64,000 nucleotides of DNA from Candidatus Latescibacterota bacterium (GTDB taxonomy: Bacteria > Latescibacterota > UBA2968 > UBA8231): contig OZ242214.1 in the NCBI GenBank assembly GCA_965206595.1, positions 3,776,001 to 3,840,000 of the forward strand, read 5' to 3'. A model generated the notes under the pieces. That model did not search any database, was not told the DNA's origin, and saw only the letters and a program-made list of their open reading frames with translations. Positions within the stretch are counted from its first letter, which is position 1, and every line of letters begins with the position of its first letter. Below are positions 37,897 through 48,200 of the stretch, piece after piece. A program made the translations under genes and the position numbers.

Positions 37897-38832
37897 CTAT
37901 TGCTGTCGGCCGGGGGATTGAAATACAACCGGGGGCACCCGCTGACCGATTCCGAAACCGGGTTCGATGGCGCCGTCCCGCTCCACGATCCGGGCTTTGC
38001 ACAGCTGCGAGCCGAGCACCTCATTGACCTCGACCAGGGCCACCTGCCCACCCCCCTGGTCGTAGAGGGGCAACACGTCGCCCTGCTCTACGTGGTTCTG
38101 ACTGCCGATGCCGAGAAAAACCTCGTTCTCCTCTACCGACAACACCTTGGCATTCTCGCCGAGCAGGTCTATTGGAGGACGTTCGACCAGGGCCCTGACG
38201 ATCTGCGTGCTGAGATCGCCGAAAGCCTGGGCCGTCAGTTCCCCGAGCTGCAGTTCGAAAAACCGGTCGGAAGCGAACTCGGTGGAAAACAGCTCGCGAA
38301 ACTCCTTGTCCTGCTGCCGGGGCCGGCCGAACAGATCCAGTCCCAGCGGCCGCTCTTCCGATTTCCTGGACACGTCGAGGACATCGACGTCCTCTCCGGT
38401 CGCGACCTTGATCAAACGCACATCGCTGAGCGCGACCTGGGACGAATAGCTCTTGTAGCCGATGAGGTTGGGATCCCCCGCGGTGAAGCGGCGCATGCCG
38501 AAGCGATCCACTCTGCCGACGATGACGAAATCCGCCTCCAGGCAGCGGCCGAGGCTGACGGCGTTTTCCCCATCCTCCAGTTCTTCCCGCGCCGCCAGAA
38601 CCGAGTCCATGGGCACGACGTGAACGGTGGCTGCCTTCGACAGATACTGCCCCAGCAGCACGGGGACATCCCTGGCCAGGTTCCAATCCCCCTGAAACCC
38701 CGCGTCATCCTCGAAAGGCAGCAGGGCAATGCGCAGCGGGCTGTCGCCCTGCCACCGAGCCTTGGTTTGCGCCGGCGCCCCCAATCCACCGAAAACCACC
38801 AGGAGCCCGTTGAGGGCGCACAATCCCCTCAC
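37897..38832 (-). CDS. Exported CsgG/TolB-N-like domain plus FlgT-C-like domain protein
   Basis: Signal-like N-terminus. RIALLPFED...LGRCLEADFVIVGRVDRF is a CsgG/TolB-N-like fold. The C-terminus AKVLSVEENEVFLGIGSQNHVEQGDVL...VALVEVNEV is FlgT-C-like. Its start overlaps the upstream stop. Confidence 0.65.
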   Translation of the reverse strand: MRGLCALNGLLVVFGGLGAPAQTKARWQGDSPLRIALLPFEDDAGFQGDWNLARDVPVLLGQYLSKAATVHVVPMDSVLAAREELEDGENAVSLGRCLEADFVIVGRVDRFGMRRFTAGDPNLIGYKSYSSQVALSDVRLIKVATGEDVDVLDVSRKSEERPLGLDLFGRPRQQDKEFRELFSTEFASDRFFELQLGELTAQAFGDLSTQIVRALVERPPIDLLGENAKVLSVEENEVFLGIGSQNHVEQGDVLPLYDQGGGQVALVEVNEVLGSQLCKARIVERDGAIEPGFGIGQRVPPVVFQSPGRQQ

Positions 38833-39617
38833 TGTTCAGAATCCGTCGCCTGCGTCACTGCCGTCTTCTCGATTTTCCGATCGAATTCAAAAAAGATGTC
38901 CACCGTTTCCAGGGGCTGTCCGGAGGCGTCGAATTTCAGCACGAAATCCTCGAGGGTGAGCTGTACTCGCGCCACTTCTTCATCCAGGGGAGCAAACGCG
39001 AGCATGCCGCTGTAACTCTCACCCTTGAACACCCGCGTATCTTCGAGGTATGCCGAGCTGCGCACATTCCCCATGCGCGTGTCGAAGCGATAGAACTCGT
39101 TGCCGCTCTGACCGCGGACGCTGCGGTAGTAGCGTTCGAAACTCTCGTGCGGGGAATGGGACGGAATACCGTAAGAGTGAAGTACCTCACCGAGGTCGGT
39201 GCGGAGCACGGCCGCGAGAGGATCGAGCAGGACCTTGGCATAGGTGTCATTGCTCACCGTGATCCTGAAGACGGTAAAGCGATTCGGCGTGTGCCCGAGG
39301 ACCGGGTCGATCCAGTTGCCGTACGTGTAGGGATTCGTCGAAAAACGACCCCGGTAGGAATCGTCGGGGAACTCCCCGTTCAGGGCCTCTTCCGTCATGT
39401 ATTCGACCCTGATCCGCAGGCCCGAAAGCGAATAGGTGACGGCACCGTCCCCCTCGACGATATAGCTGTCCGCAGAAGCCTGCACGGCCTGCGGTACGAG
39501 ATGGCTGTTGTAGAGGATCGCCGGAGGCGTGAGAAAACACCCGCTCAGAAGCAGCCAGAATATGCCGAAGGGCATGGCGGACGATCTTGCCGATTTGCCG
39601 GGTTCGGGGATTTTCAT
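38829..39617 (-). CDS. Hypothetical lipoprotein
   Basis: Lipobox LLSGC after a hydrophobic stretch; beta-rich body (NPYTYGNW, FTVFRITVSN). 4-bp overlaps with both neighbours. Confidence 0.7.
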   Translation of the reverse strand: MKIPEPGKSARSSAMPFGIFWLLLSGCFLTPPAILYNSHLVPQAVQASADSYIVEGDGAVTYSLSGLRIRVEYMTEEALNGEFPDDSYRGRFSTNPYTYGNWIDPVLGHTPNRFTVFRITVSNDTYAKVLLDPLAAVLRTDLGEVLHSYGIPSHSPHESFERYYRSVRGQSGNEFYRFDTRMGNVRSSAYLEDTRVFKGESYSGMLAFAPLDEEVARVQLTLEDFVLKFDASGQPLETVDIFFEFDRKIEKTAVTQATDSEQ

Positions 39618-40870
39618 TCTACAGCACCGCCTTCACTGAAGTAGTCGATCTGCTGCTGCGCGATGGAGCCTTCCTGGGTCAGGGCAAAAACGACGACGTT
39701 GATGCCAAACCGCAGCTGCGGCTCATTGCCGAAATTCTCCGCCCATCTGTGGACATAGCCCTTGTCCGAGTACAGGGCGACGAGACGGTTGCCGATGAAC
39801 ACACCTTCGAGCCGATACGACTGCTGCGGGAGAATGCGGCCGGCGATCGCCCACTGCTCCTGTTCCGACGGAACATCCAGCTCCGATCCCACGGGAGGAC
39901 CGTCGAAATCATAGAACACGTGGTAGAGGGGATGGGTATTCGGTATGGGTCGAAACTTGCCCTGTGTCCCCAGTGCATCGCGGAAGATCTGGCGCAACGA
40001 CGCCTCTGCCTGGCTGTACTCCAGCGTGGCATTGGCATTGTCGGCGAAGATGAACCCGCCGCGGCGCATGTATTCTCCCAGGTTCGTGAGCTCCCTCCCC
40101 GTCAGTTCAAAAGCCTCTTCCGCGGTGATGTAAACGAAGGGGGTGCGAAACAGCTCCTGTGAATCGACGAAGAGATGGGCATCGACCCTGGCCGTGATTC
40201 CAGTCTGGGCATTGACTGCGTCGACCAGGTTGGGAATCGCTTTTGCAGCGCTGTCGAAAGCCGGTTCCAGATCGGTAGCCCACGCCGTACCCAGGTACAC
40301 AAACCCCTTGACTTTGCGGCGATCCGTCGGATCCTGAATGATGAGGCCCTTGTACTTGCCGGTATCGAGTGCATCGAGGTCGAGCAGCTCCTCGCGCATG
40401 GCGATGCGCTTCTCCGGCTCTTTGGTCCCGGTGACCCTCGCCGCCGAGAACTGGACGGGTCCGGTCTGAAGGTCGATCTCGACACCGGTGTCGATGGCGT
40501 ACCCGAAGGTCTCGACTCGCCCGAACATCGACGCTCCCGCGAGACCCCTGGACGCGGGCATGGACAATCTGGGCTTCAGGGCGCTCACCTTTTTGGTAAT
40601 GGCTCGCGGCCTCAGGCGCTGGCGCTTGAGCTGGAACGGCTTTGTCGCCCGCGGCTTGCGAATGATGAGCCTGGCGACAGCGGGCGGCGGGGCCTCATCC
40701 TTCGGCAGCGCCACCAAGTAGACGAAGGCCACCCCCAGGAACCCCATGCTGATCAACAGACCGATGGCGACGAGCCGGTTGGTCTCGCCCCGCAGGCGGG
40801 GCCGGTCGATGCGATCGCTCGGGGCGCCGAAGCGGGTGAACGCAGTTGTCGTGAGGTTCGCGTCCATCAT
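39614..40870 (-). CDS. Membrane-anchored DUF4159-domain protein with extended Pro/Lys/Arg-rich linker
   Basis: TM segment LVAIGLLISMGFLGVAFVYLVAL, then linker PPPAVARLIIRKPRATKPFQLKRQRLRPR. C-terminal PFVYIT, NLGEYMRRGGFIFADN, HPLYH..YDF, LEGVFIGNRL, GINVVVFALT. Confidence 0.8.
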   Translation of the reverse strand: MMDANLTTTAFTRFGAPSDRIDRPRLRGETNRLVAIGLLISMGFLGVAFVYLVALPKDEAPPPAVARLIIRKPRATKPFQLKRQRLRPRAITKKVSALKPRLSMPASRGLAGASMFGRVETFGYAIDTGVEIDLQTGPVQFSAARVTGTKEPEKRIAMREELLDLDALDTGKYKGLIIQDPTDRRKVKGFVYLGTAWATDLEPAFDSAAKAIPNLVDAVNAQTGITARVDAHLFVDSQELFRTPFVYITAEEAFELTGRELTNLGEYMRRGGFIFADNANATLEYSQAEASLRQIFRDALGTQGKFRPIPNTHPLYHVFYDFDGPPVGSELDVPSEQEQWAIAGRILPQQSYRLEGVFIGNRLVALYSDKGYVHRWAENFGNEPQLRFGINVVVFALTQEGSIAQQQIDYFSEGGAVE

Positions 40871-41250
40871 TCGGGAACCGACAGGCTGACCACGGTCGAG
40901 GCCGGCCCCAGAAAAGCGTTCTCATCGGCGGCCCTCACCTGGACCTGGAGCACGGAACCGGCTTCGAGACTCAGGCTGGTTTCCTCGAGGCTTCTCGCCT
41001 CCGGATCGTCGACCGAGCGCGTCTCCACGCTCCCCGTTGCGTCGGTAAAACCGACGACGAAGGCGGCGACGTTTTGCGTCGAGTCGATCTGCCAGGACAC
41101 CTGGACCGCGTCCCCATCCACGCTTGCCTCCACATCCGTCGGCGTCGCGAGGTAATTCTGGTGGTACTGCTGGGGCATCTCGACATCGTTGCTGCAGCCC
41201 AGGGCGATGACGAGCATGGCCGCGAGCCCGGGAACCTTGGCTATCGACAT
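40867..41250 (-). CDS. Small lipoprotein with fibronectin type III-like domain
   Basis: Start refined to ATG 41250 (MSIAKVPG). Lipobox IALGC; FN3-like TPTDVEASVDGDAVQVSW...VQVRA...GPAS. Confidence 0.7.
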   Translation of the reverse strand: MSIAKVPGLAAMLVIALGCSNDVEMPQQYHQNYLATPTDVEASVDGDAVQVSWQIDSTQNVAAFVVGFTDATGSVETRSVDDPEARSLEETSLSLEAGSVLQVQVRAADENAFLGPASTVVSLSVPE

Positions 41251-41284
41251 TCGCAGTTGCCTTCCTCGAACCGGAACGGGGGAC

Positions 41285-41848
41285 TTAGAAGCGGGCCACG
41301 ACGGCCGCTCCGGGAGTCCCGGGATTTGCAAACGGCACAACGCTCACCGACGCGTCCGCACGAGCCGCGGCCCCACCGAGGACCAGGACGTCGACGAGAT
41401 TGTAGCCATACACCGCCACGGCGAGAGCACCGAACAGCCGGCGCCGCGTGTGCGAGCTATCGAGATCATCCTTTTTCTCCGACAGCCGCTGCCAGCTCTC
41501 TTCGGCTTCCTCGAAAGAGCCGCCCTGCCGCAGGGAATGGTAGCGCTCCTTCTCCAGGCTGAATTGCGCCGACTGGGTGTTGTAATCCTCGTGCGATGTC
41601 AACCAGACCACCAGACAGGCCACCTCGGCCACCACCAGGGCGGTGCCGCGGCTGCGATGTCCGGCCGCCAGCTGTCCCAGCCCCGGGAACACCGCGGAGA
41701 GAGCGATTGCCCGAGGCCGCGTCAGCGCCTGCTTGCCGGACCCGAGCCGTTCGCCCGGCGCATCCTCGGCCTGCGTTTGAGCGCCGCCCGCCAGCAGCGC
41801 TCCCATAACCATTGACAGCACCCACCCTCGCTTGCTCATACGCTCCAT
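41285..41848 (-). CDS. DUF5683-like exported/membrane protein
   Basis: Signal peptide; ALSAVFPGLGQL motif; VYGYNLVD; C-terminal VVARF. Confidence 0.65.
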   Translation of the reverse strand: MERMSKRGWVLSMVMGALLAGGAQTQAEDAPGERLGSGKQALTRPRAIALSAVFPGLGQLAAGHRSRGTALVVAEVACLVVWLTSHEDYNTQSAQFSLEKERYHSLRQGGSFEEAEESWQRLSEKKDDLDSSHTRRRLFGALAVAVYGYNLVDVLVLGGAAARADASVSVVPFANPGTPGAAVVARF

Positions 41849-41911
41849 GACGCCGTCTCAAATGGCGCCCCCGTGATGTCCTGCGGTGTATGCACGTCGA
41901 AAAGACCCCGC

Positions 41912-44900
41912 CTACAACCGGGTCGAGACGATCCAGTCCCTGTGCGCCTTGGCGAACTGGAACACCTCTTTGCTTGCCCGTTTGTCTTCGTACATCTCGA
42001 TCACCCGGTCGTATGTCTCGACTGCATCGCGCCATTGACCGAGGCCTTCCAGACAGACGCCCATGTTGCTCAGCGCGCCCAGCGCACTCTCCGTGTCCGG
42101 ATAGCGCGCGCGAATATCCTCGAAAGAGCTCACGGCGCGCGCGAAATATTGCTTCCTGATGGCCCCCTCCTCCACCGCCTCGGCCGAATCCATCAAGGCG
42201 ACCGCCCGCTCGTAATGATCGTAGGCGATGGCCTCCGTGATCTCGGAGATCAGGCGCGGCACCTGGGCTGCCACTGGATCTTCCGGAAAGCGATCCTGGA
42301 CGAGCTTGTAGGCCAGCATCGCCTCTTCATATGACCCGCGGTTATAGGCATCGTCGGCGAGAGTGAATTGGGCAGCGGCTGCGAATTCGCTCTGCGGATA
42401 GCGTTCGAGGAGTGTTCGGAAAGCTGCCATCGCCTCCGCCTCCCGTTTCAACTCGAGCAGACACCACGCCAGATTGTACTGCGAGTTATCGGCCGTGGTA
42501 TCGTCGGGAAACCTTGTGACAATACGGCTGTAGTAGGGGATGGCAGCTTCGAATTCCCCCAACTGGTAGTGGCTTTCGGCGAGGCCGAACAGGATATCCT
42601 GCAGGGCACGCGCCTGCGGATAGTCGCGCAGCAGCTGTTCGAACATGGTCCAGGCGTCACGGAAATCCCTCAAGCTGTAGTGGGTATTGGCCAGGTAGAA
42701 TCCCACCATCAGACGGTGGTCCGGACCCAGGTCCGCGGCCGCCAGATCCGTGAAGACCTTCCTGGCGCGCTCGAGCTCTCCCCGGTCGAAATAGTGAACG
42801 CCTAGGGTCAACCGCATGTCCGTGGAAAAAAACGAGGCCGGGAACCTGCGCAGGGCCTCCTGAAACACCTTGGCCGCCTCGGCGCTACGGCCCATACGTG
42901 CCAGCGCATCCCCTAGCAGGAAGTAGGCCTTCTCCGCGCGGCCGTACTTCTGGCCCGGTGCCAGCGCATCGTCGAACTGCAGATCGATCAGCTGCCTGGC
43001 GACGACGATCGTCTCCGCGAAGTTGTCGTCCTCGTAGTGGAGATCCATTACGCGCGTCAGGAGAGCGGCCTGTTCCTCGGGGGTCCCCGCCTCGGCGGCC
43101 ATGGCGGCGAGCGTCTTCACCGCCTCGCTGCCGCGGTCCTGCTTCAGGTAGACGAGCGCCAGGGCGTCCTTGGCTGAACGAACCTTGCCCTGTTCCTGTA
43201 CGTTTCCGGCGATCCAGTTGAAGTCCTCTTCCGCAAGACCGTACTGCCCGGCGACAAATGCGGCGTTGCCGCGGCTGAACCGCAACGCCTCTTCCAGGTC
43301 GGCACCGATTGGATAGGTAAGGGCGGCGGTGAAATGGGTTACGGCTGTGCCGTAGTCGTTCAGGCCGCTGTAAGCCTGTCCGAGGAGATAGTTGAAACTG
43401 GCGCGCTGAACGTCCTCGCCCGCCTTCGCCAGACCGGCCTCCAGGACGCGGGCAGCGTGATCGAAGCGACCCGTATTTACCAGGCTGTGCCCGGCGCCCA
43501 GGCGCGACCGTGCGTACAGGGAGGAGGTTTCCGGCACCGCCAGGAAAGCGGTCACAGCGCCGTCAAGGTCGGCCACGGCCTGTTGCGACAGCCCCAGGCG
43601 CATGTGGGCGACGTCGACGTAGTCGCTGGCGGCGTGGTTGTCGAGGAGCTGCCGCGCGCTCGCCGCGGCTTCGCCGTACCTGCCGCGATCGAAGTAGAGC
43701 TCCCCGAGCTGCACGAGGGCCCGGGCGGCCTGGCTCCGGTTTTCCGCCTCGTCGATGATCGCCCGGTATTCCGCCTCTGCCAGGGCAACGGAGTCGTCGC
43801 TTCCCAGAGACTGGTAGGCCAGCGCCCTGTTGAAGCGCGCGTCGAGGAAGTAGGATGACGTTTCATCCATGCACAACGTGTCGTACTGGGCGACGGCCAG
43901 CTGCAGCCACTGCCGGCCCGCACCCGGGCGGGCCTCGGACTCTTCCTCGTCGGCCAGCTGCTGATAGGCGCTGCCGATGCGGTAGCGCACACGGCCCTCG
44001 GGAAACCCGGCGACGTTGGCGATATCGGCGAATCCGTCGAGATAGGTTTCGTACTCCCGCACGGACTCCACGTAGCGGGCCTGCGAAAAGAAACTCTCCG
44101 CCAGGGCATACTGAATGCGCGCCCTCAGCGTCCGGTCGGAGGATTGATCGATCGCCTCCCGGTAAGTGCGGATACTGGCATCGAGATCTCCCCTCTCCCG
44201 ATGCAGGTCGGCCATACGCAGGTACGCCTCTTCGACCAGCTTGCGCTCCGAGCCGAACAGGGTGACCGCCTGCCGGTACGCCTCCAGCCCTTCGTCGTAC
44301 CGTCCCCAGCGAGCATAGGAGGTACCGATGCGGATCTGGGCCTTTGCAGCCAGCTCCAGCGCCGTCTCGTTCACCAGGCCGGCGATCTTCTCCCGCCGTA
44401 TCCGCCGCAACTCCACCTCGGTGAGATTTTCGATCTTCTGCCGGATTATCAACTGGCGGTAGCTGTCTATGGCCCGTGCATACCTGCCCGTCTCCAGGTA
44501 GCACTCGCCGATCTGGAAAAGGCTGCGATCGGCCTGGTACCCGCTGGGGAAACGGGCGAGGAGCCGTTCGAATGCGGAAATCGCCCGGTCGTATTCCCCC
44601 ATCTCGTAGAGCGCCCAACCCGTGTTGTAGTAGCCGACGATGACCTGCGGGTGGTCTGGATAGGCATTGATCAGTGCATCGGCCGCCTCGATGACCTGCG
44701 GAAACTTCCCGGCCTTGAAGTAGAGATCGATGAGCCGTCCGTATGCCAGGACCTTCAGGACTTCGCTGGTCGAACCGTCGATCACCTGTTGAAAAGCGTC
44801 GACAGTCGCTGCAAACGCCTCATCGGCCTGTACCTGCAGTCGTGCCCGCCCGACCTCGTCACCCTCCTCCTCCGCCTGCTGCGCGAAGCCGGCATGGAGC

Positions 44901-45172
44901 TTGGAGAAGGAATTGCCGATCTGGTAGTGGGCGGCTTCCTGGACGGGAAATTCATCATCACCCACGGCGACCTGGATGCCCTCCACGTCCAGGGCCCGGC
45001 TGCGTATCCGCAGGACCGCTTCGTACTTGGTGATCGCCTGATCGTAGGCACCTTCGGCATAGAATCGCTGACCCTCGCGAAAGGTGCTCACCATGTCTTC
45101 CTGGTTGGGCACACGCGAGGCGAGAAAGGTGCCCCCGGCGGTAATCAAAGTCAGCAAAAGAAAGAGGTTCAT
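41912..45172 (-). CDS. Large exported tetratricopeptide-repeat protein (BamD/CpoB-type TPRs)
   Basis: Signal peptide followed by many TPR units with YP/FP-S turns (LLARFPSG, LLERYPQSEFAAAAQFTLA, RYPDTE). Confidence 0.9.
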   Translation of the reverse strand: MNLFLLLTLITAGGTFLASRVPNQEDMVSTFREGQRFYAEGAYDQAITKYEAVLRIRSRALDVEGIQVAVGDDEFPVQEAAHYQIGNSFSKLHAGFAQQAEEEGDEVGRARLQVQADEAFAATVDAFQQVIDGSTSEVLKVLAYGRLIDLYFKAGKFPQVIEAADALINAYPDHPQVIVGYYNTGWALYEMGEYDRAISAFERLLARFPSGYQADRSLFQIGECYLETGRYARAIDSYRQLIIRQKIENLTEVELRRIRREKIAGLVNETALELAAKAQIRIGTSYARWGRYDEGLEAYRQAVTLFGSERKLVEEAYLRMADLHRERGDLDASIRTYREAIDQSSDRTLRARIQYALAESFFSQARYVESVREYETYLDGFADIANVAGFPEGRVRYRIGSAYQQLADEEESEARPGAGRQWLQLAVAQYDTLCMDETSSYFLDARFNRALAYQSLGSDDSVALAEAEYRAIIDEAENRSQAARALVQLGELYFDRGRYGEAAASARQLLDNHAASDYVDVAHMRLGLSQQAVADLDGAVTAFLAVPETSSLYARSRLGAGHSLVNTGRFDHAARVLEAGLAKAGEDVQRASFNYLLGQAYSGLNDYGTAVTHFTAALTYPIGADLEEALRFSRGNAAFVAGQYGLAEEDFNWIAGNVQEQGKVRSAKDALALVYLKQDRGSEAVKTLAAMAAEAGTPEEQAALLTRVMDLHYEDDNFAETIVVARQLIDLQFDDALAPGQKYGRAEKAYFLLGDALARMGRSAEAAKVFQEALRRFPASFFSTDMRLTLGVHYFDRGELERARKVFTDLAAADLGPDHRLMVGFYLANTHYSLRDFRDAWTMFEQLLRDYPQARALQDILFGLAESHYQLGEFEAAIPYYSRIVTRFPDDTTADNSQYNLAWCLLELKREAEAMAAFRTLLERYPQSEFAAAAQFTLADDAYNRGSYEEAMLAYKLVQDRFPEDPVAAQVPRLISEITEAIAYDHYERAVALMDSAEAVEEGAIRKQYFARAVSSFEDIRARYPDTESALGALSNMGVCLEGLGQWRDAVETYDRVIEMYEDKRASKEVFQFAKAHRDWIVSTRL

Positions 45173-45270
45173 TTTTTCGGCCTTGCGATTCGCCCCCTGT
45201 CAAGTGATCCGGTTAATCAGCATTTGCAGTCGGACCCCGGCACGAATCAGCTATTGTTTTCCACGACGCC

Positions 45271-48200
45271 TCAGTCGTCCTCGAATCCCAGGATGGCGTT
45301 GATGAAGGCAGCGGTGAAGCGCTCCCCCCGGAATTCGTCCGCCGCGGGATCATCGAACTTCTTTGTCCGCAGCCGCACGCCGGCGTTGGTCGAGATGATA
45401 TATCCGAAATACCTCGACAGATTCGTCATCATCAACACGGTGTCGCGCTGCTCGAAGCTCTCTTCCGGTTCGGCGAAATCGGTCACCGAGTAGGGGAACT
45501 TCGACGTAATCCCCTGCACACCGAGCTGAAAACGGGTTCTGGTCGTCAGGCGGTATTCCAGTTTCATCAGGGGAATGAGGTGCCGCTGGTGCGCAACGGG
45601 CAGATCCAGGCTGCGCTTCCACTCCTTCCGGTAGCGGATCTTGAAACCGGAAAAAAGACTCAGGCGATCCCAGATTTTCCAGTTGTAATCGATCCTGTGG
45701 GCCATCGTCCAGCGGCTCAGGCGATCGCTTTCCTGCCCGGTCCCGTCCCAGAGCTCCCCTCCGTGCTGATGGTTGACCTCGACCTTGACCTTGTTGTGCA
45801 TGGCGAGATTCGGCACGGTCCGCCAGCGGGCTTCGGTGAAAAGACGCACCAGGGTGCTGTTCTTGTAGTTTAGCGGATCTTCCAGCGGCTCTTCCTGAAA
45901 CGGCACGATGTTGATGTTGCGGGCCAGTCCCGGGAAGTTGGTTGCCTGAATATCCGCCTGGGTAAGGACCCTGTCGCTGTAGACGCTCAGCGGATCTTCC
46001 ACTCCGTCCCGTATGCGTTCCAGCGACAGCTCGGTGAAGAACCTGCCGATTGTCGGCACCTGCCGATTGTAGTCGAGGCGCGAATACAGAACCTCGCTGG
46101 GCACCGATCCGGCTATCTGTTCGGCGTCCAGCAGCCCCAGCGCCAGGCTCAGACCGGCGAGCGGTTTGTATTTTCCGTACAGGTGCATCCCCCTGAGATC
46201 GGGATCGTAGGGCAGGTCCGCTTCCCAGTCGTTCTCCCGCGAATCGATGAAATCGTTGTGGTTGAAATCGACGCCGTACTCGAAGACCTGGGGGTCGACA
46301 TCATACATCAGGAACGGTTCGAGGTCGTCGGGCTGCTGGTTCAGGTTCCGGTTGGTGTCGGGAATGCCGTCGTTGTCCGCATCGAGCCCAGGGAACACGC
46401 CATCGATATCGTGCTGTCCCTGCTTCTTGTCGAAATAGTTGGTGTACCAGCTGTCCGGATAGCGGTCGTTGTCGTCATTGTCCTCGACGAGCCTGTGAAG
46501 GATGGTGTTGTTGTAGGCGATCGGGGTCCCCGACAGATTGAACTCGTCGGCAGCGATGAAGCTGCGGAATTCCGTGGTGAACAAGGGGCCCATGGAAAAC
46601 AGTTCGCCGCGCAGGTCCCAGCGCCGGAAATCCCGATGCAGGGTCACGTAGTAGGCGTTGTCCGAAATGGTGTGGCGCGCTCCGGGAGTCTGTTCCCGCT
46701 CCAGGGCATTGATGGCGATGGCGTCCTGGGGAACGCGCGGTCCCGGCAGTCCGCTCGGGTACATTGAGAACTGGCTGCCGCGGGCGAACTCGGCGTTGAG
46801 CTCGAATCCCTTGACGACCCCGTAGACATTGGCGCTGGCCAGCCGCAGTCCCGTCGGCACCCCGACCTTTACCCGAACGCGCTTCGGCACCCCGTCCCGG
46901 GGATTGCCCCCGGCGCGGGCGACGGTGCGGAAGAACGGGGCGTAGCGGTAGCGGTCCTGGTGGCTGTCGGGGGGTAGAAACTCCGTCGACCGGGCAATGG
47001 GAATTTCCGACAGTTCAAGCCGGTAGTCGTTGGCCAGGACAAGCTCGACTTCGACCGAGGTTATGAACTGCTGCACGGACTCGAGGTCGATGTAGAGAAT
47101 GCCGTAGGTCTCGCCGTCGAAGGCCTGGGGAAGATCCTCTTTCGTGTACATACCGAGAAAATCGCCGGAGGGCTCGGCCAGTTCGTGGGCGAACTCGGAG
47201 TGCACGGTTTTTCCGCTTTCCTCGTCCACAACATGGTCGGGACCGTGGAGCTTGAAGTCCCTGTAGTAGAGGTGGTCGATGAAAAACGGGAACTCGTAGC
47301 CCCGGTAGAAGACGTCGACGTCGGTGGCGAGGTAGTTTATGTAGGATTCATAGGTGCTGAAGGCCCCGCCCCGGTTGACGGTCTGGTAGTCGTTGGAGGC
47401 CGGCCGCGGAGGCAATCCCTTGCGGTTGCCGTTGCTCAGCAGCTCCTGGACGTATATCTGGCGGTCGTCGCCGCGTTTGTGAAGGTGGACGACAAAGGGC
47501 TCCAACTCCGGGCGCAGGACCCCGTCCACGTAGACGTTGACGTCGTGCAGCACCGGTCCGCCCCGGCCATCCAGAGGCGAGTCATCGAGGATGCGGATGG
47601 CGATCAGTGCCGGCGCCGTCTGCACGGCCCCCGGCCTGCCCTGAAGGCTCTCGAACTTGCTCGCCATGAGCGGCTCGTACTGATGCACGTTGAGAAAGGT
47701 GCCGCCGAAGTTGAGGAACCCGACTTTGCGCTCGTAGTGAGCGCCCAGCATCATGGTCGGAACCCTGGCGTTGATGTCCCCGGCCGTGGACGGGCCCTGG
47801 CCGGAGTTGCGCGAAAAGGGGAGCGTCGAGAACAGTGCCGAGAAACTGTCTTTCCCGGTGCCGGCGTCGACCCTGAGACCGTTCAGATTGGAGAGTTTCA
47901 TCGTCAGCGGGGTCAACGACGTGCGGATCTCGTCCCCGTAGATGAATTTGGCCTGCCAGGCGTCGGTGCCGTCCGTGCCGACTATGACGTGGCCGAAGAG
48001 ACGCTCGAAGGCGTTTCCCGTCTGTCCGTGCCCGCCGCTTTCGCCGATCGCGGAGTAACCCCGCTGCACACCGAGGCCCCGGCGCTCGACCCAGGTAACG
48101 GCCTCGGTCCCGTAGAGCAGAGGGTCTCCCATGGAGTTGTAGTGATACCGGAGATTGCTGCTGAGCTCCGGCCGGCGGGAATAGTTCTCGAATCCGTAGT

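Noticed and set aside
45173-45270. TTGACA on the minus strand upstream of the TPR gene as an internal sigma70 promoter
   Set aside because: There is no plausible -10 hexamer at the required spacing.
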